Shown: positions 37,634-48,251 of the stretch, piece by piece
Numbering within the stretch: position 1 is the stretch's first letter
How the letters are laid out: every line of letters starts with the position of its first letter
From: Octopus sinensis
Lineage: Eukaryota
NCBI RefSeq assembly: GCF_006345805.1
Contig: NW_021834146.1
Location: forward strand, 1-48,251
Length of the DNA: 48,251 bases
Reading direction: 5' to 3'
Position numbers and translations under genes: made by a program
Notes under the pieces: model-generated
Seen by the model: the letters and a program-made list of their open reading frames with translations, nothing else
Databases searched by the model: none
What the model was told of the DNA's origin: nothing

Positions 37634-38659
37634 AGTTAGTTAGTTAGTTAGTTAGTTAATTTGGCTCAAAAGCAAATTGCAAGGCCATGTAGGGGGACAT
37701 GGAGTTAAGTATAGGGTGGTGTTCATGTAAAGAATTCAGGCCACTTGAGGTCCAGGGAGGCTTTGAACAAAGCGGTCGTCGGCATCTTCACCATCTCGTC
37801 TGGCAGCTTGTTCCACGGATCCGCAACCCGGACGGTGAAATCTCCTGTCCTTCGACTAAGATGAAATCGTCGCAGGTAGAGCTTTTCGGAATGACTCCGC
37901 AGCCGACGCTCTGGAGCATGAGTGAAGAACAGCTCTTTCGAGATGCTGTATGTCTTTGAGGAGATAAGGAGAAGAGGCTTGAATCCCATACTCCAATATG
38001 GGTGTCACCAGCGTGACATAGAGTGGTAGGAATATGGCTGCCGTGAGCATTCCGAATGACCGTCGAATCAAGAACAGAATTCCGCGTGCTTTGTTGGCAG
38101 CATGGACGCACTGGACCGAAGGCGAAAAGGAGGAATCCACCAAGATACCCAGGTCCTTTACCTGATCGGTCCTCTCCAGCAGCAGACGACCCGGCTCGAA
38201 ATCAAGTTGAGTTGCAGGAGTAGAGCCGACAGGCAGATGACAGCACTTTGACACGTTCAGACACAGGTCCCAATCGTTAGACCACTTCCAAATTTGGTGG
38301 AGGCATCGACGAAGATCCTCTATATTACCGCGAGGAGCGACCAGTTTGATATCGTCGGCAAATAGAAGGGTGTGTTGCGTGAGGTCGTCGGGCAAGTCAT
38401 TTATGAAGACTAAGAACAACAAGGGCCCAAGCACTGAACCTTGAGGCACGCCACTGCTCGCACTGGAGACTTCGGACCGCGAACCATTTACTTGGACTTG
38501 GAAGGAGCGATCTGAGAGGAAGGCACCAACCCATCGTACAATATCCGGATGGAAACTATATGCTTGAAACTTGACAAGTAATAGGCGGTGGTTTACCGAG
38601 TCAAAAGCTTTGGCAAAGTCCAATAAAACGATGTCAACAGCATCACTATCATCGAGGAT
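37634..38659 (-). mobile_element. CR1-like LINE 3' fragment, copy 1
   Basis: LDFAKAFDSV, SGVPQGSVLGP, FADDIK and WNKLP motifs, a (TAAC)n tail and an internal deletion after KDIQHLER. Confidence 0.92.
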
Positions 38660-38745
38660 GCGCGTCACCAATTCTTCCATTACTAGTATATATCATCATC
38701 AAATATTACTTTCAAACAGAGTATCAGGAAACTGAACGAACTTAC

Positions 38746-38817
38746 AATGTCTTTAAATTCTTAAACCGCGTGAATATACCTTGTTTGATGGTTGAAATGT
38801 TGTTGGCACCAAGATAC
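38746..38817 (-). CDS. LRR exon, type A (YLGANNISTIKQGIFTRFKNLKTL)
   Basis: Acceptor ...tactgcaacag and donor tt|gtaagt. 72 nt, phase 2-2. Confidence 0.88.
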
Positions 38818-39409
38818 CTGTTGCAGTAAAGAACGAGTAAAAATTATTAAATGGGAAAATATTTGTGATACTACAAAAAGAAGAAGAAGAAGAAGAAGAA
38901 GAAGAAGAAGAAGAAGAAGAAGGAGAAGGAGAAAAAGAAGAAGAAGAAGAGAAGAAGAAGGAGAAGAAGAAGAGAAGAAGAAGAAGAAGAAGAAGGAGAA
39001 GAAGAAGAAGAAGAAGAGAAGAAGAAGAAGAAGAAGAAGAAGAAGAAGAAGAAGAATCAGGCGAAATTATTTCATGGAAGTGTGGACAAATAACCACACG
39101 GCACCACAGAATAAAGAGAACAATGTGAAACAAACAACAGTAGAATATACATAAGTATTATATTAACACTGCAGACACACTCATACATATATGAACATAC
39201 ACGTTTTCAGGAATAAACTTTTGATGCAGACAATTATCAACAGATAGTCATTGTCATGTTCAGACACAATCAAATAAATATAGCACGAATATGAAAAGTG
39301 ATTATGACTTCAAGTAATAGGGAGTGAGAACAAATAGAAATCAGGGAATATTTAAATTAAAGACACATTATATTCCTCATGTATAAACGACAACATTGAA
39401 AGGACTTAC

Positions 39410-39481
39410 AGATTTTGTAAGCTGTGAAGGTCTTGAAACGTTACTTTCTCAACGTTCGAAATTTTATTGTTCTGAAGATTT
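39410..39481 (-). CDS. LRR exon, type B (NLQNNKISNVEKVTFQDLHSLQNL)
   Basis: Acceptor tttcctgcttcag and donor ct|gtaagt. 72 nt, phase 2-2. Confidence 0.88.
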
Positions 39482-40670
39482 CTGAAGCAGGAAAAAATGT
39501 TGCTTATTTTGACGTAGTATGGAATTGCAATAAAATATGAAATATTGTTCGTTTTGTATAGGAAGAAAACCATAGGAAAATAAAATGACAAGAAGAAGAT
39601 GAAGAAGATGAAGAGGAAGGAGAAGAAGAAGAAGAAGAAGAAGAAGAAGAAAAAGAAGAAGAAGATGAAGAAAAAGAAGAAGAAGAAGAAGGTAGAGGTG
39701 GAGGAGGAGAGGAGAAGAAGAAGAGGAGGAGGAGGAGGAGGAGGAAGAAGAAGAGAAGAAAAAGAAGAAGAAAAGAAGAAGAATAAAAGAAGAAGAAGAA
39801 GAAGAAGAAGATAGAGGAGGAGGAGGAGGAAAAGAAGAACCAGGTGGAGAGAAGAAGAAGAAGAAGTAGAAGATGAAGAAAACGAGAAGGTAGAAGAGGA
39901 GGAGCATGAGGTAAGGAGGAGGAGGAGGAGGAGGAGGAGGAGGAGGAAGAAGAAGAGAAGAAAGAAGAAGAAGAAAAGAAGAAGAAAGAAGAAGAAGGAG
40001 GAGGAGAAGAAGAAGAGAAGAAGGAGAAGAAGAAAAGAAGAAGAGAAGAAGAAGAAGAAGGAGAAGAAGAAGAAGAAGAAGAAGAAGAAGAAATAGATGA
40101 TTAAGAATAGTATTAGAGGAAGAAGAAAAAAGAGATGAGAGGTGTTAAGAAGAAGAAAAAGAAGAGAAGAAGAAGAAGACGAAGAAGAAGAAGAAGAAAG
40201 AAGAAGAAAAGAAGAGAAGAAGAAGAAGAAGAAGAAGAAAAAGAAAAGAAGAAGAAGAAGAGAAGAAGAAGAAGAGGAGAAGAAGAAGGAGAAAAAGAAG
40301 AAGAAATAAGAAGAAGAGAAGAAGGAGAAGACGAAGAATAGAAAGATACGGAAGAAGAAAAGAAAGAATTAGAAGAAGAAGAAGAAGAAGAAGAAGAACA
40401 ACAACAACAACAACAACAACAACAATAACAAAAACCACAAGAGAAAGGAGAAGGAGAAGAAGAAGAAGAAGAAGAAGAAGAAGAAGAAAAAGAAGAAGGA
40501 AGAGGAGGAGGAGAAGAAGACCGAGAAGAAGAAGAAGAAGAAGAGTAAAACGGGGAGGAGGAGAAGAAGAAGAAGAAGAAGAAGAGGAAAAAGAAGAAGA
40601 AGAAGAAGAAAAAGAAAATGAAGGAGGAGGAGATGAAGGAGGCAGAGGAGACAGGGGAGATAAAGAAGAT

Positions 40671-40702
<32 letters not shown>

Positions 40703-41112
40703 AGAAGGAGAAGACGAAGAATAGAAAGATACGGAAGAACAAAAGAAAGAATTAGAAGAAGAAGAAGGAGAAGAAGAAGAAGAAGAAGAAGAAGAAGAAG
40801 AAGAACAACAACAACAACAACAACAACAACAATAACAAAAACCACAAGAGAAAGGAGAAGAAGAAGAAGAAGAAGAGAAGAAGAAGAAGAGAAGACGAAG
40901 AATAGAAAGATACGGAAGAAGAAAAGAAAGAATTAGAAGAAGAATAAGGAGAATAAGAAGAAGAGGAAGAAGAAGAAGAAGACAACAACAACAACAACAA
41001 CAATAACAAAACCACAAGAGAATGGAGAAGAAGAAGAAGAAGAAGAATAATAAGAAGAAGAGGAAGAAGAAAAAAGAAGAAGAAGAATAAGAGAAGAAGA
41101 AGAAGAAGAGAA

Positions 41113-41144
<32 letters not shown>

Positions 41145-41821
41145 GAAGAAGAAGAAGAAAGAAGAAGAATAGAAGAAGAAGATAAAACAATGTTGCTTAG
41201 TTTGACATAGTATGGAATTGGCAAAATATATTAAATATTGTTCTTTATGTACAGGAACAATATTATACGAAAATATAAGAAAGATAAGATGAAGAAGAAG
41301 AGAAGAAGAAGAAGAAGAAAGAAGAAGAAGAGAAGAAAAAGAAGAGAAGAAGAAGAAGAAGAAGAAGAAGAATAGAAGAAGAAGAAGGAGAAGAAGAAGA
41401 AGAAGAAGAAGAATAGAAGAAGAAGAAGAAGAAGAAGAAGAAGAAGAAGAAGGAGAAGAAGAAGAAGAAGAAGAAGAAGAAGAAGAAGGAGAAGAAACAA
41501 ATATAAACTAATGGATTGATTTTGTCACATTTCAAATAAAAATCGTTGAAATTTGAGGTGCAAAATCGAAGTGAAACAAAGCAACTGCAATAAAGGAACA
41601 TAAAATTTTTCCTATTATTTCATGTTCTCTCTCAATTTTTCACACTTTCTCCCACTATGTCTCGCACTCTTTCTCCCTATTTGTATCTTCCAAACTCCTG
41701 TTCGGTCCCCAAATTTGAATTGATTTTGCTTATTGCAGTCAGAAAGTTCATACATTTGTGATATATATATCAGCATTATTTATTATTTCAGAATTATTAT
41801 CAAGAAACTGAACGAACTTAC

Positions 41822-41891
41822 AATGTCGTCAAATTCGAAAGCCCATTGAATATACCTTGTTTCAAGCTGAAATTTGTTGCTGTCAAGATCT
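41822..41891 (-). CDS. LRR exon, type A', 70 nt (restores to DLDSNKISALKQGIFNGLSNLTTL)
   Basis: Splice sites are intact, but the exon is two nt short of 72 and both gaps fall in homopolymer runs relative to its paralogues. Confidence 0.7.
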
Positions 41892-43653
41892 CTATAGAAG
41901 TAAAGAAGAGTAAAATAAATTATACAGAAAATATTTGTGATGAAGCGTCAAACAATATGGATTTAGAATGAAAGGAAAAAAAAAAAGACATATACAGTAC
42001 AAGAAGAGAAGAAGAAGGAGACGAAATAAGACGAGGAGGAGGAGAGGAGGGAGGAGAAAGGGGGAGGAAAGAAGAATAAAATGAAGATGGAGGAGGAGAG
42101 AGGACGAAGAGGGGGATAGAGAATGCGGGGAGAAGGAGTAAAATGAGGGTGAAGTAGGAGAGGCGAGGAGGAGAGAGCAGGAGAGATGAGAGGAGGGGCA
42201 GAATGGGCAGGAGGAGGAGGCGAATGAGAAAAAGAGAAACAAGTAGAAGAGAAAGAAAAAGAAGGAGGAAATTAAAGGAGCAGAATGTACGGGAGTAAGT
42301 TTATGAAAAAAAGAGTAGAAGAAGAAGGAGAAGAAGAAGAAGAAGAAGAAGAAGAAAAGAAAAGAAGAAGAAGAAGAGGAAGAAGAAAAAAAAGAAGGAA
42401 GAGGAGGAGGAGGAAGAAGAAGAGGAGGAGGAGGAGGAGGTGGATGAGGTGGAGGAAGTGTAGAAGAAGAAGCAGGTGTGGAGGAGGAGATGAAAAGGAA
42501 GAAGACGTAGAAGAAGATGAAGAAGAAGAACGAGGAGTTAGAAGAGGAGGAGCATGAGGTAAAAAGGAGGGAGGAGGAGGAGGGCAATGATGCGAGGAAG
42601 AAGAAGAAGAAGAAGAAGAAGAAGATGAAGAAAAACGAGAAGGTAGAAGAGGAGGAGCATGAGGTAAAGGAGGAGGAGGAGGAGGAGGAGGAGAATGGCG
42701 ATGATGCGAGGAAGAAGAAGAAGAAGAAGAAGAAGAAGATAAAGAAGAAAAGAAGAAGAATAGAAGAAGAAGGAAGAGGAGAAGAAGAAGAAGAAGAAGA
42801 AGAAAGAGAAGGAGAAGAAGGAGAAGAAGGAGAAGAAGAAGAAGAAGAAGAAAAAGAAATAGATGATTAAGAATAGTATTAGAGGAAGAAGAAGAAAAAG
42901 AGATGAGAGGTGTTAAGAAGAAGAAAAAGAAGAGAAGAAGAAGAAGAAGAAGAAGAAGAAGAAGAAGAAGAAGAAAAAGAGAAAAAAGAAAAGAAGAAGA
43001 AGAAGACGACGAAGAGAAGAAGAAGAAGAAGAAGAAGAAGAAGAAGAAGACGAAGAAGATGAAGAAGAAGAAGAAGCAGAAGAATAAGAAGACATATTTG
43101 AACAAGCATGAAGTATAAGAAGAAATTTAGAAGAAGAAGAAAAGACATGAGAGGAGGTAAATAAGAATAAGAAGAAGAAAGAAGAAGAAGAAGAAGAAGA
43201 AAGAAGAAGAAGAGAAGAAGAAGAAGAAGAAAGAAGAAGGATTGAAGAAGTAGAAGAAGAAGAAGAAGAAGAAGACATTAATAATCATAGTGTTCAAGAA
43301 GATTAAATAGAAAATGTAGTCAAAGAAATAAACGGAGATAATTTAGGGAGACTGGAGAAACGTTTGAGGGAGAGAACATGGCTGAAAACTCAGGGAATAC
43401 AAATTTAATACAAATTTAAATACAAATCGTTGAAATTTGGGAATCCAAAATGAGTTAAAGTGTCAAGAATTGAAACAAAGCAACTGCAATAAAGGAACAT
43501 TAAATTTGTCCTTTTATTTCAAATTCTCTCTCCATTCCTCCCTCTTTCTCTCATTGTGTCTTGCTCTCTTAATCCCACTTTGTATTTCCTAAATCATGTT
43601 CGGTTCCCGAGTTTGTTTACTGCAGTCCGAGAGTTTATACGGTTAAGAGTGTA

Positions 43654-44959
43654 TAGTTAGTTAGTTAGTTAGTTAATTTGGCTCAAAAGCAAATTGCAAG
43701 GACATGTAGGGGGACATGGAGTTAAGTATAGGGTGGTGTTCATGTAAAGAATTCAGGCCACTTGAGGTCCAGGGAGGCTTTGAACAAAGCGGTCGTCGGC
43801 ATCTTCACCATCTCGTCTGGCAGCTTGTTCCACGGATCCGCAACCCGGACGAAGAAATCTCCTGTCCTTCGATTAAGATGAAATCGTCGCAGGTAGAGCT
43901 TTTCGGAATGACTCCGCAGCCGACGCTCTGGAGCAGGAGTGAAGAACAGCTCTTTCGAGATGCTGTATGTCTTTGAGGAGATAAGGAGAAGAGGCTTGAA
44001 TCCCATACTCCAATATGGGTCTCACCAGCGTGACATAGAGTGGTAGGAATATGGCTGCCGTGAGCATTCCGAATGACCGTCGAATCAAGAACAGAATTCC
44101 GCGTGCTTTGTTGGCAGCATGGACGCACTGGACCGAAGGCGAAAAGGAGGAATCCACCAAGATACCCAGGTCCTTTACCTGATCGGTCCTCTCCAGCAGC
44201 AGACGACCCGGCTCGAAATCAAGTTGAGTTGCAGGAGTAGAGCCGACAGGCAGATGACAATTATCAACAGATAGTCATTGACATGTTCAGACACAATCAA
44301 ATAAATATAGCACGAATATGAAAAGTGATTATGACTTCAAGTAATAGGGAGTGAGAACAAATAGAAATCAGGGAATATTTAAATTAAAGACACATTATAT
44401 TCCTCATGTATAAACGACAACATTCAAAGGACTTACAGAGTTTCTAAGCTGTGAAGGTTTTGAAACATTACTTTCTCAATGTTCGAAATTTTATTGTTCT
44501 TAAGATATCTGAAGCAGGAAAAACTTTGACACGTTCAGACACAGGTCCCAATCGTTAGACCACTTTCAAATTTGGTGGAGGCATCGACGAAGATCCTCTA
44601 TATTACCGCGAGGAGCGACCAGTTTGATATCGTCGGCAAATAGAAGGGTGTGTTGCGTGAGGTCGTCGGGCAAGTCATTTATGAAGACTAAGAACAACAA
44701 GGGCCCAAGCACTGAACCTTGAGGCACGCCACTGCTCGCACTGGAGACTTCGGACCGCGAACCATTTACTTGGACTTGGAAGGAGCGATCTGAGAGGAAG
44801 GCACCAACCCATCGTACAATATCCGGATGGAAACTATATGCTTGAAGCTTGACAAGTAATAGGCGGTGGTTTACCGAGTCAAAAGCTTTGGCAAAGTCCA
44901 ATAAAACGATGTCAACAGCATCACTATCATCGAGGATGCGCGTCACCAATTCTTCCATT
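43654..44959 (-). mobile_element. CR1-like LINE fragment, copy 2, split by a 263-bp insertion
   Basis: Same 5' truncation point and internal deletion as copy 1. Insertion at 44260-44522. Confidence 0.92.
44437..44508 (-). CDS. LRR exon, type B, inside the CR1 insertion (YLKNNKISNIEKVMFQNLHSLETL)
   Basis: 72 nt, phase 2-2, with ttttcctgcttcag and ct|gtaagt retained. Confidence 0.75.
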
Positions 44960-45023
44960 ACTAGTATATATCATCATCAAATATTACTTTCAAACAGAGT
45001 ATCAGGAAACTGAACGAACTTAC

Positions 45024-45095
45024 AATATCTTTAAATTCTTAAACCGCGAGAATATACCTTGTTTGATGGTTGAAATGTTGTTGGCACCAAGATAC
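45024..45095 (-). CDS. LRR exon, type A (YLGANNISTIKQGIFSRFKNLKIL)
   Basis: 72 nt, phase 2-2, canonical splice sites. Confidence 0.88.
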
Positions 45096-45637
45096 CTGTT
45101 GCAGTAAAGAACGAGTAAAAATTATTAAATGGGAAAATAGTTGTGATACTACAAAAAGAAGAAGAAGAAGAGAAGAAGAAGAAGAAGGAGAAGAAGAATG
45201 AGAAGAAGAAGGAGAAGAAGAAGAAGAAGAAGAAGAAGAAGAAGAAGAAGAAGAAGAAGAAGAAGAAGAGAAGAAGAAGAAGAATCAGGCGAAATTATTA
45301 CATGGAAGTGTGGACAAATAACCACACGGCACCACAGAATAAAGAGAACAACGTGAAACAAACAACAGTAGAATATACATAAGTATTATATTAACACTGC
45401 AGACACACTCATACATATATGAACATACACGTTTTCAGGAATAAACTTTTGATGCAGACAATTATCAACAGATAGTCATTGACATGTTCAGACACAATCA
45501 AATAAATATAGCACGAATATGAAAAGTGATTATGACTTCAAGTAATAGGGAGTGAGAACAAATAGAAATCAGGGAATATTTAAATTAAAGACACATTATA
45601 TTCCTCATGTATAAACGACAACATTCAAAGGACTTAC

Positions 45638-45707
45638 AGAGTTTCTAAGCTGTGAAGGTCTTGAAACATTACTTTCTCATGTTCGAATTTTATTGTTCTT
45701 AAGATAT
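45638..45707 (-). CDS. LRR exon, type B, 70 nt (restores to YLKNNKISNIEKVMFQDLHSLETL)
   Basis: Splice sites are intact. There are two 1-nt deletions in T runs relative to 44508-44437. Confidence 0.72.
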
Positions 45708-46931
45708 CTGAAGCAGGAAAAAATGTTGCTTATTTTGACGTAGTATGGAATTGCCATAAAATATGAATATTGTTTCTTTTTGTATAGGAAGAAAACCATA
45801 GAAAATAAAATGACAAGAAGAAGGTGAAGAAGATGAAGAGGAAGGAGAAGAGGAAGATGAAAAAGAAGAAGAAGAAGAAGACGAAGAAAGAAGAAGAAGA
45901 GATGAAGAGAAAAAGAAGAAAGAAGAAGGTAGATGAGGAGGAGGAGGAGAAGAAGAAGAAGAAGAAGGAGGAGAAGGAGGAGGAGGAGGAGGAGAGAGGA
46001 GAAGAAGAAAAAGAAGAAGATGAAAAAAAGAAGGAGAAGAAGAAGAAGAAGAAGAAAAAGGTATAGGAGGAGGAGGAGGAGGAGGAGATGGAGGAGGAGA
46101 TGGAGGAGGAGGAGGAGGAGGAGGAAAAGAAGAACCAGGTGGAGGAGAAGAAGAAGAAGAAGAAGAAAAAGAAGAAGACGTAGAAGAAGAAGAAGAAAAA
46201 AGAGAAGGTAGAAGAGGAGGAGCATGAGGTAAAGGAGGATGAGGAGGAGGATGGCGATGATGCGAGGAAGAAGAAGAAGAAGAAGAAGATAAAGAAGAAA
46301 AGAAGAATAGAAGAAGAAGGAAGAGGAGAAGAAGAAGAAGAAAAGAAGAAGAAAGAGAAGGAGAAGAAGGAGAAGAAGGAGAAGGAGAGAAGAAGAAGAA
46401 GAAGATAAAGATAAGAGAAGAAGTTGATTGAAGAAGAAGAAGAATCAGTAGAAGAAGAGAAGAAGAAGAAGATGGGATGAGGAGGAGGAGGAGGAGAAGA
46501 AGAAGAGAAGAAAAAAAGGAGAAGATGAAGAAAAAGAAGAAGAAGAAGAAGAAAAAAAAGGTAGAGGAGGAGGAGGAGGAGGAGGAAAAGAAGAACCAGG
46601 TGAGAGGAGGAAGAAGAAGAAAAGAAGAAAAGAAGAAGAAGTAGAAGAAGATGAAGAAAAACACGAGAAGTTAAGAGAGGAGCATGAGGTTAAAGGAGGA
46701 TGAGGAGGAGAGATGGCGATGATCGAGGAAGATAAGAAGAAGAAGAAGAATAAGAAATAAAGAAAGAAGAGAATAGAAGAAGAGGAAAGTGGAGAAGAAG
46801 AAGAAGAAGAGGAAGAAAAAGAGAAGAAAAGGAGAAGAAGGAGAGAAGAAGAAGAAGAAGGAGAAGAAGAAGAAGAAGCAGCATCAAAGTATACATTTAG
46901 ATAATAGTATTAAGAAAATGAACGAACTTAC

Positions 46932-47003
46932 AATGTTTTTAAATTCGAAATCCCCGTGAAGGTACCTTCTTCGATGGTTGAAATGTAGTTATCTCGCAGA
47001 TCT
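46932..47003 (-). CDS. LRR exon, type A'' (DLRDNYISTIEEGTFTGISNLKTL)
   Basis: Acceptor ctttactgctatag and donor tt|gtaagt. 72 nt, phase 2-2. Confidence 0.88.
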
Positions 47004-47624
47004 CTATAGCAGTAAAGAGTAAAATAAATTATGTGGAAAATATTTGTGATACATCAAACATTGTGGCTTTACAATGAAAGAAAGAAAAAGAAAAAAGATA
47101 ACGAAGAAGAAAAGAAGAAGAAGAAGAAAAAGAAGAAGAAGAAAATGAAGGAGGAGGAGATGAAGGAGGCAGAGGAGACAGGGGAGATAAAGAAGAAGAA
47201 GAAGAAGAAGAAGAAGAAGAAGAAGAAAGAAGAAGAAGAAGAAGAAGAAGACATTAGTAATCAAAGTGTTCAAAAGATTAAATAGAAAATGTAGTCAAAG
47301 AAATAAACGGAGATATTTTAGGGAGACGAAGAAACGTTTGAGGGAGAGAACATGGCTGAAAACTCAGGGAATACAAATTTAATACAATTTAAATACAAAT
47401 CGTTGAAATTGGGAATCCAAAATGAGTTAAAGTGTCAAGAATTGAAACAAAGCAACTGCAATAAAGGACATTAAATTTGTCCTTTTATTTCAAATTCTCT
47501 CTCCATTCCTCCCTCTTTCTCTCATTGTGTCTTGCTCTCTTAATCCCACTTTGTATTTCCTAAATCATGTTCGGTCCCGAGTTTGTTTACTGCAGTCCGA
47601 GAGTTTATACGGTTAAGAGTGTAT

Positions 47625-48251
47625 ATAGTTAGTTAGTTAATTTGGCTCAAAGCAAATAGCAAGGCCATGTAGGGGGACATGGAGTTAAGTATAGGGTGGT
47701 GTTCATGTAAAGAATTCAGGCCACTTGAGGTCCAGGGAGGCTTTGAACAAAGCGGTCGTCGGCATCTTCACCATCTCGTCTGGCAGCTTGTTCCACGGAT
47801 CCGCAACCCGGACGGAGAAATCTCCTGTCCTTCGATTAAGATGAAATCGTCGCAGGTAGAGCTTTTCGGAATGACTCCGCAGCCGACGCTCTGGAGCAGG
47901 AGTGAAGAGCAGCTCTTTCGAGATGCTGTATGTCTTTGAGGAGATAAGGAGAAGAGGCTTGAATCCCATACTCCAATATGGGTCTCACCAGCGTGACATA
48001 GAGTGGTAGGAATATGGCTGCCGTGAGAATTCCGAATGACCGTCGAATCAAGAACAGAATTCCGCGTGCTTTGTTGGCAGCATGGACGCACTGGGCCGAA
48101 GGCGAAAAGGAGGAATCTACCAAGATACCCAAGTCCTTTACCTGATCGGTCCTCTCCAGCAGCAGACGACCCGGCTCGAAATCAAGTTGAGTTGCAGGAA
48201 AGAGCCGACAGGCAGATGACAGCACTTTTTCACGTTCAGACACAGGTCCCA
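47625..48251 (-). mobile_element. CR1-like LINE fragment, copy 3 (runs off the window)
   Basis: Near-identical to copies 1 and 2, with the same internal deletion and no insertion at the homologous site (48211-48240). Confidence 0.92.

Larger units (their letters stand above)
35998..47250. repeat. Multiple long (GAA)n/(GGA)n purine tracts, about 6 kb in total
   Basis: Directly visible. They are the source of most long low-complexity ORFs in the track. Confidence 0.97.
37250..48251. repeat. Tandem segmental duplication: three partial or complete copies of a spacer + CR1 fragment + LRR-exon cassette
   Basis: Homologous positions 37699, 43716 and 47679 give periods of about 6.0 and 4.0 kb. Spacers and CR1 copies are near-identical. 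Confidence 0.9.

Noticed and set aside
35879-47285. Long Ser/Leu/Phe- or Lys/Glu/Arg-rich ORFs up to 359 aa
   Set aside because: These are stop-free translations of GAA/TTC microsatellites, open in several frames at once.

Overview
This is eukaryotic DNA, AT-rich and dense in microsatellites. The SINE and LINE families suggest a cephalopod, probably Octopus (inference from recognised repeat types). Most ORFs in the six-frame track are translated microsatellites. The main finding is a multi-exon gene on the minus strand spanning about 47.0 kb to 3.9 kb, rebuilt by hand from GT-AG boundaries and exon phase. It has eight leucine-rich-repeat (LRR) exons, all phase 2-2: six intact at 72 nt and two at 70 nt. 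These are followed by an LRR C-terminal cap exon, a two-exon 12-Cys three-finger (Ly6/uPAR-like) domain, several small phase 1-1 exons, a Thr-rich stalk and two exons resembling the first part of an adhesion-GPCR GAIN domain. The GPS and 7TM regions would lie beyond the left edge, so the adhesion-GPCR call is inference. Seven of the LRR exons sit in a recently tandem-duplicated cassette (about 4-6 kb, containing GAA tracts and a CR1 fragment). Between the young copies every exon substitution I found is nonsynonymous, while the adjacent intron is about 99% identical. One LRR exon has been pasted into the middle of a CR1 copy. The introns carry L1/Tx1, R4/Dong, Penelope, RTE and CR1 retroelement fragments, many SINEs, a Helitron-like element and three type I hammerhead-ribozyme motifs. 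Some defects (70-nt exons, frameshifts) look like homopolymer sequencing errors rather than real pseudogenisation, but this cannot be settled from the sequence alone.
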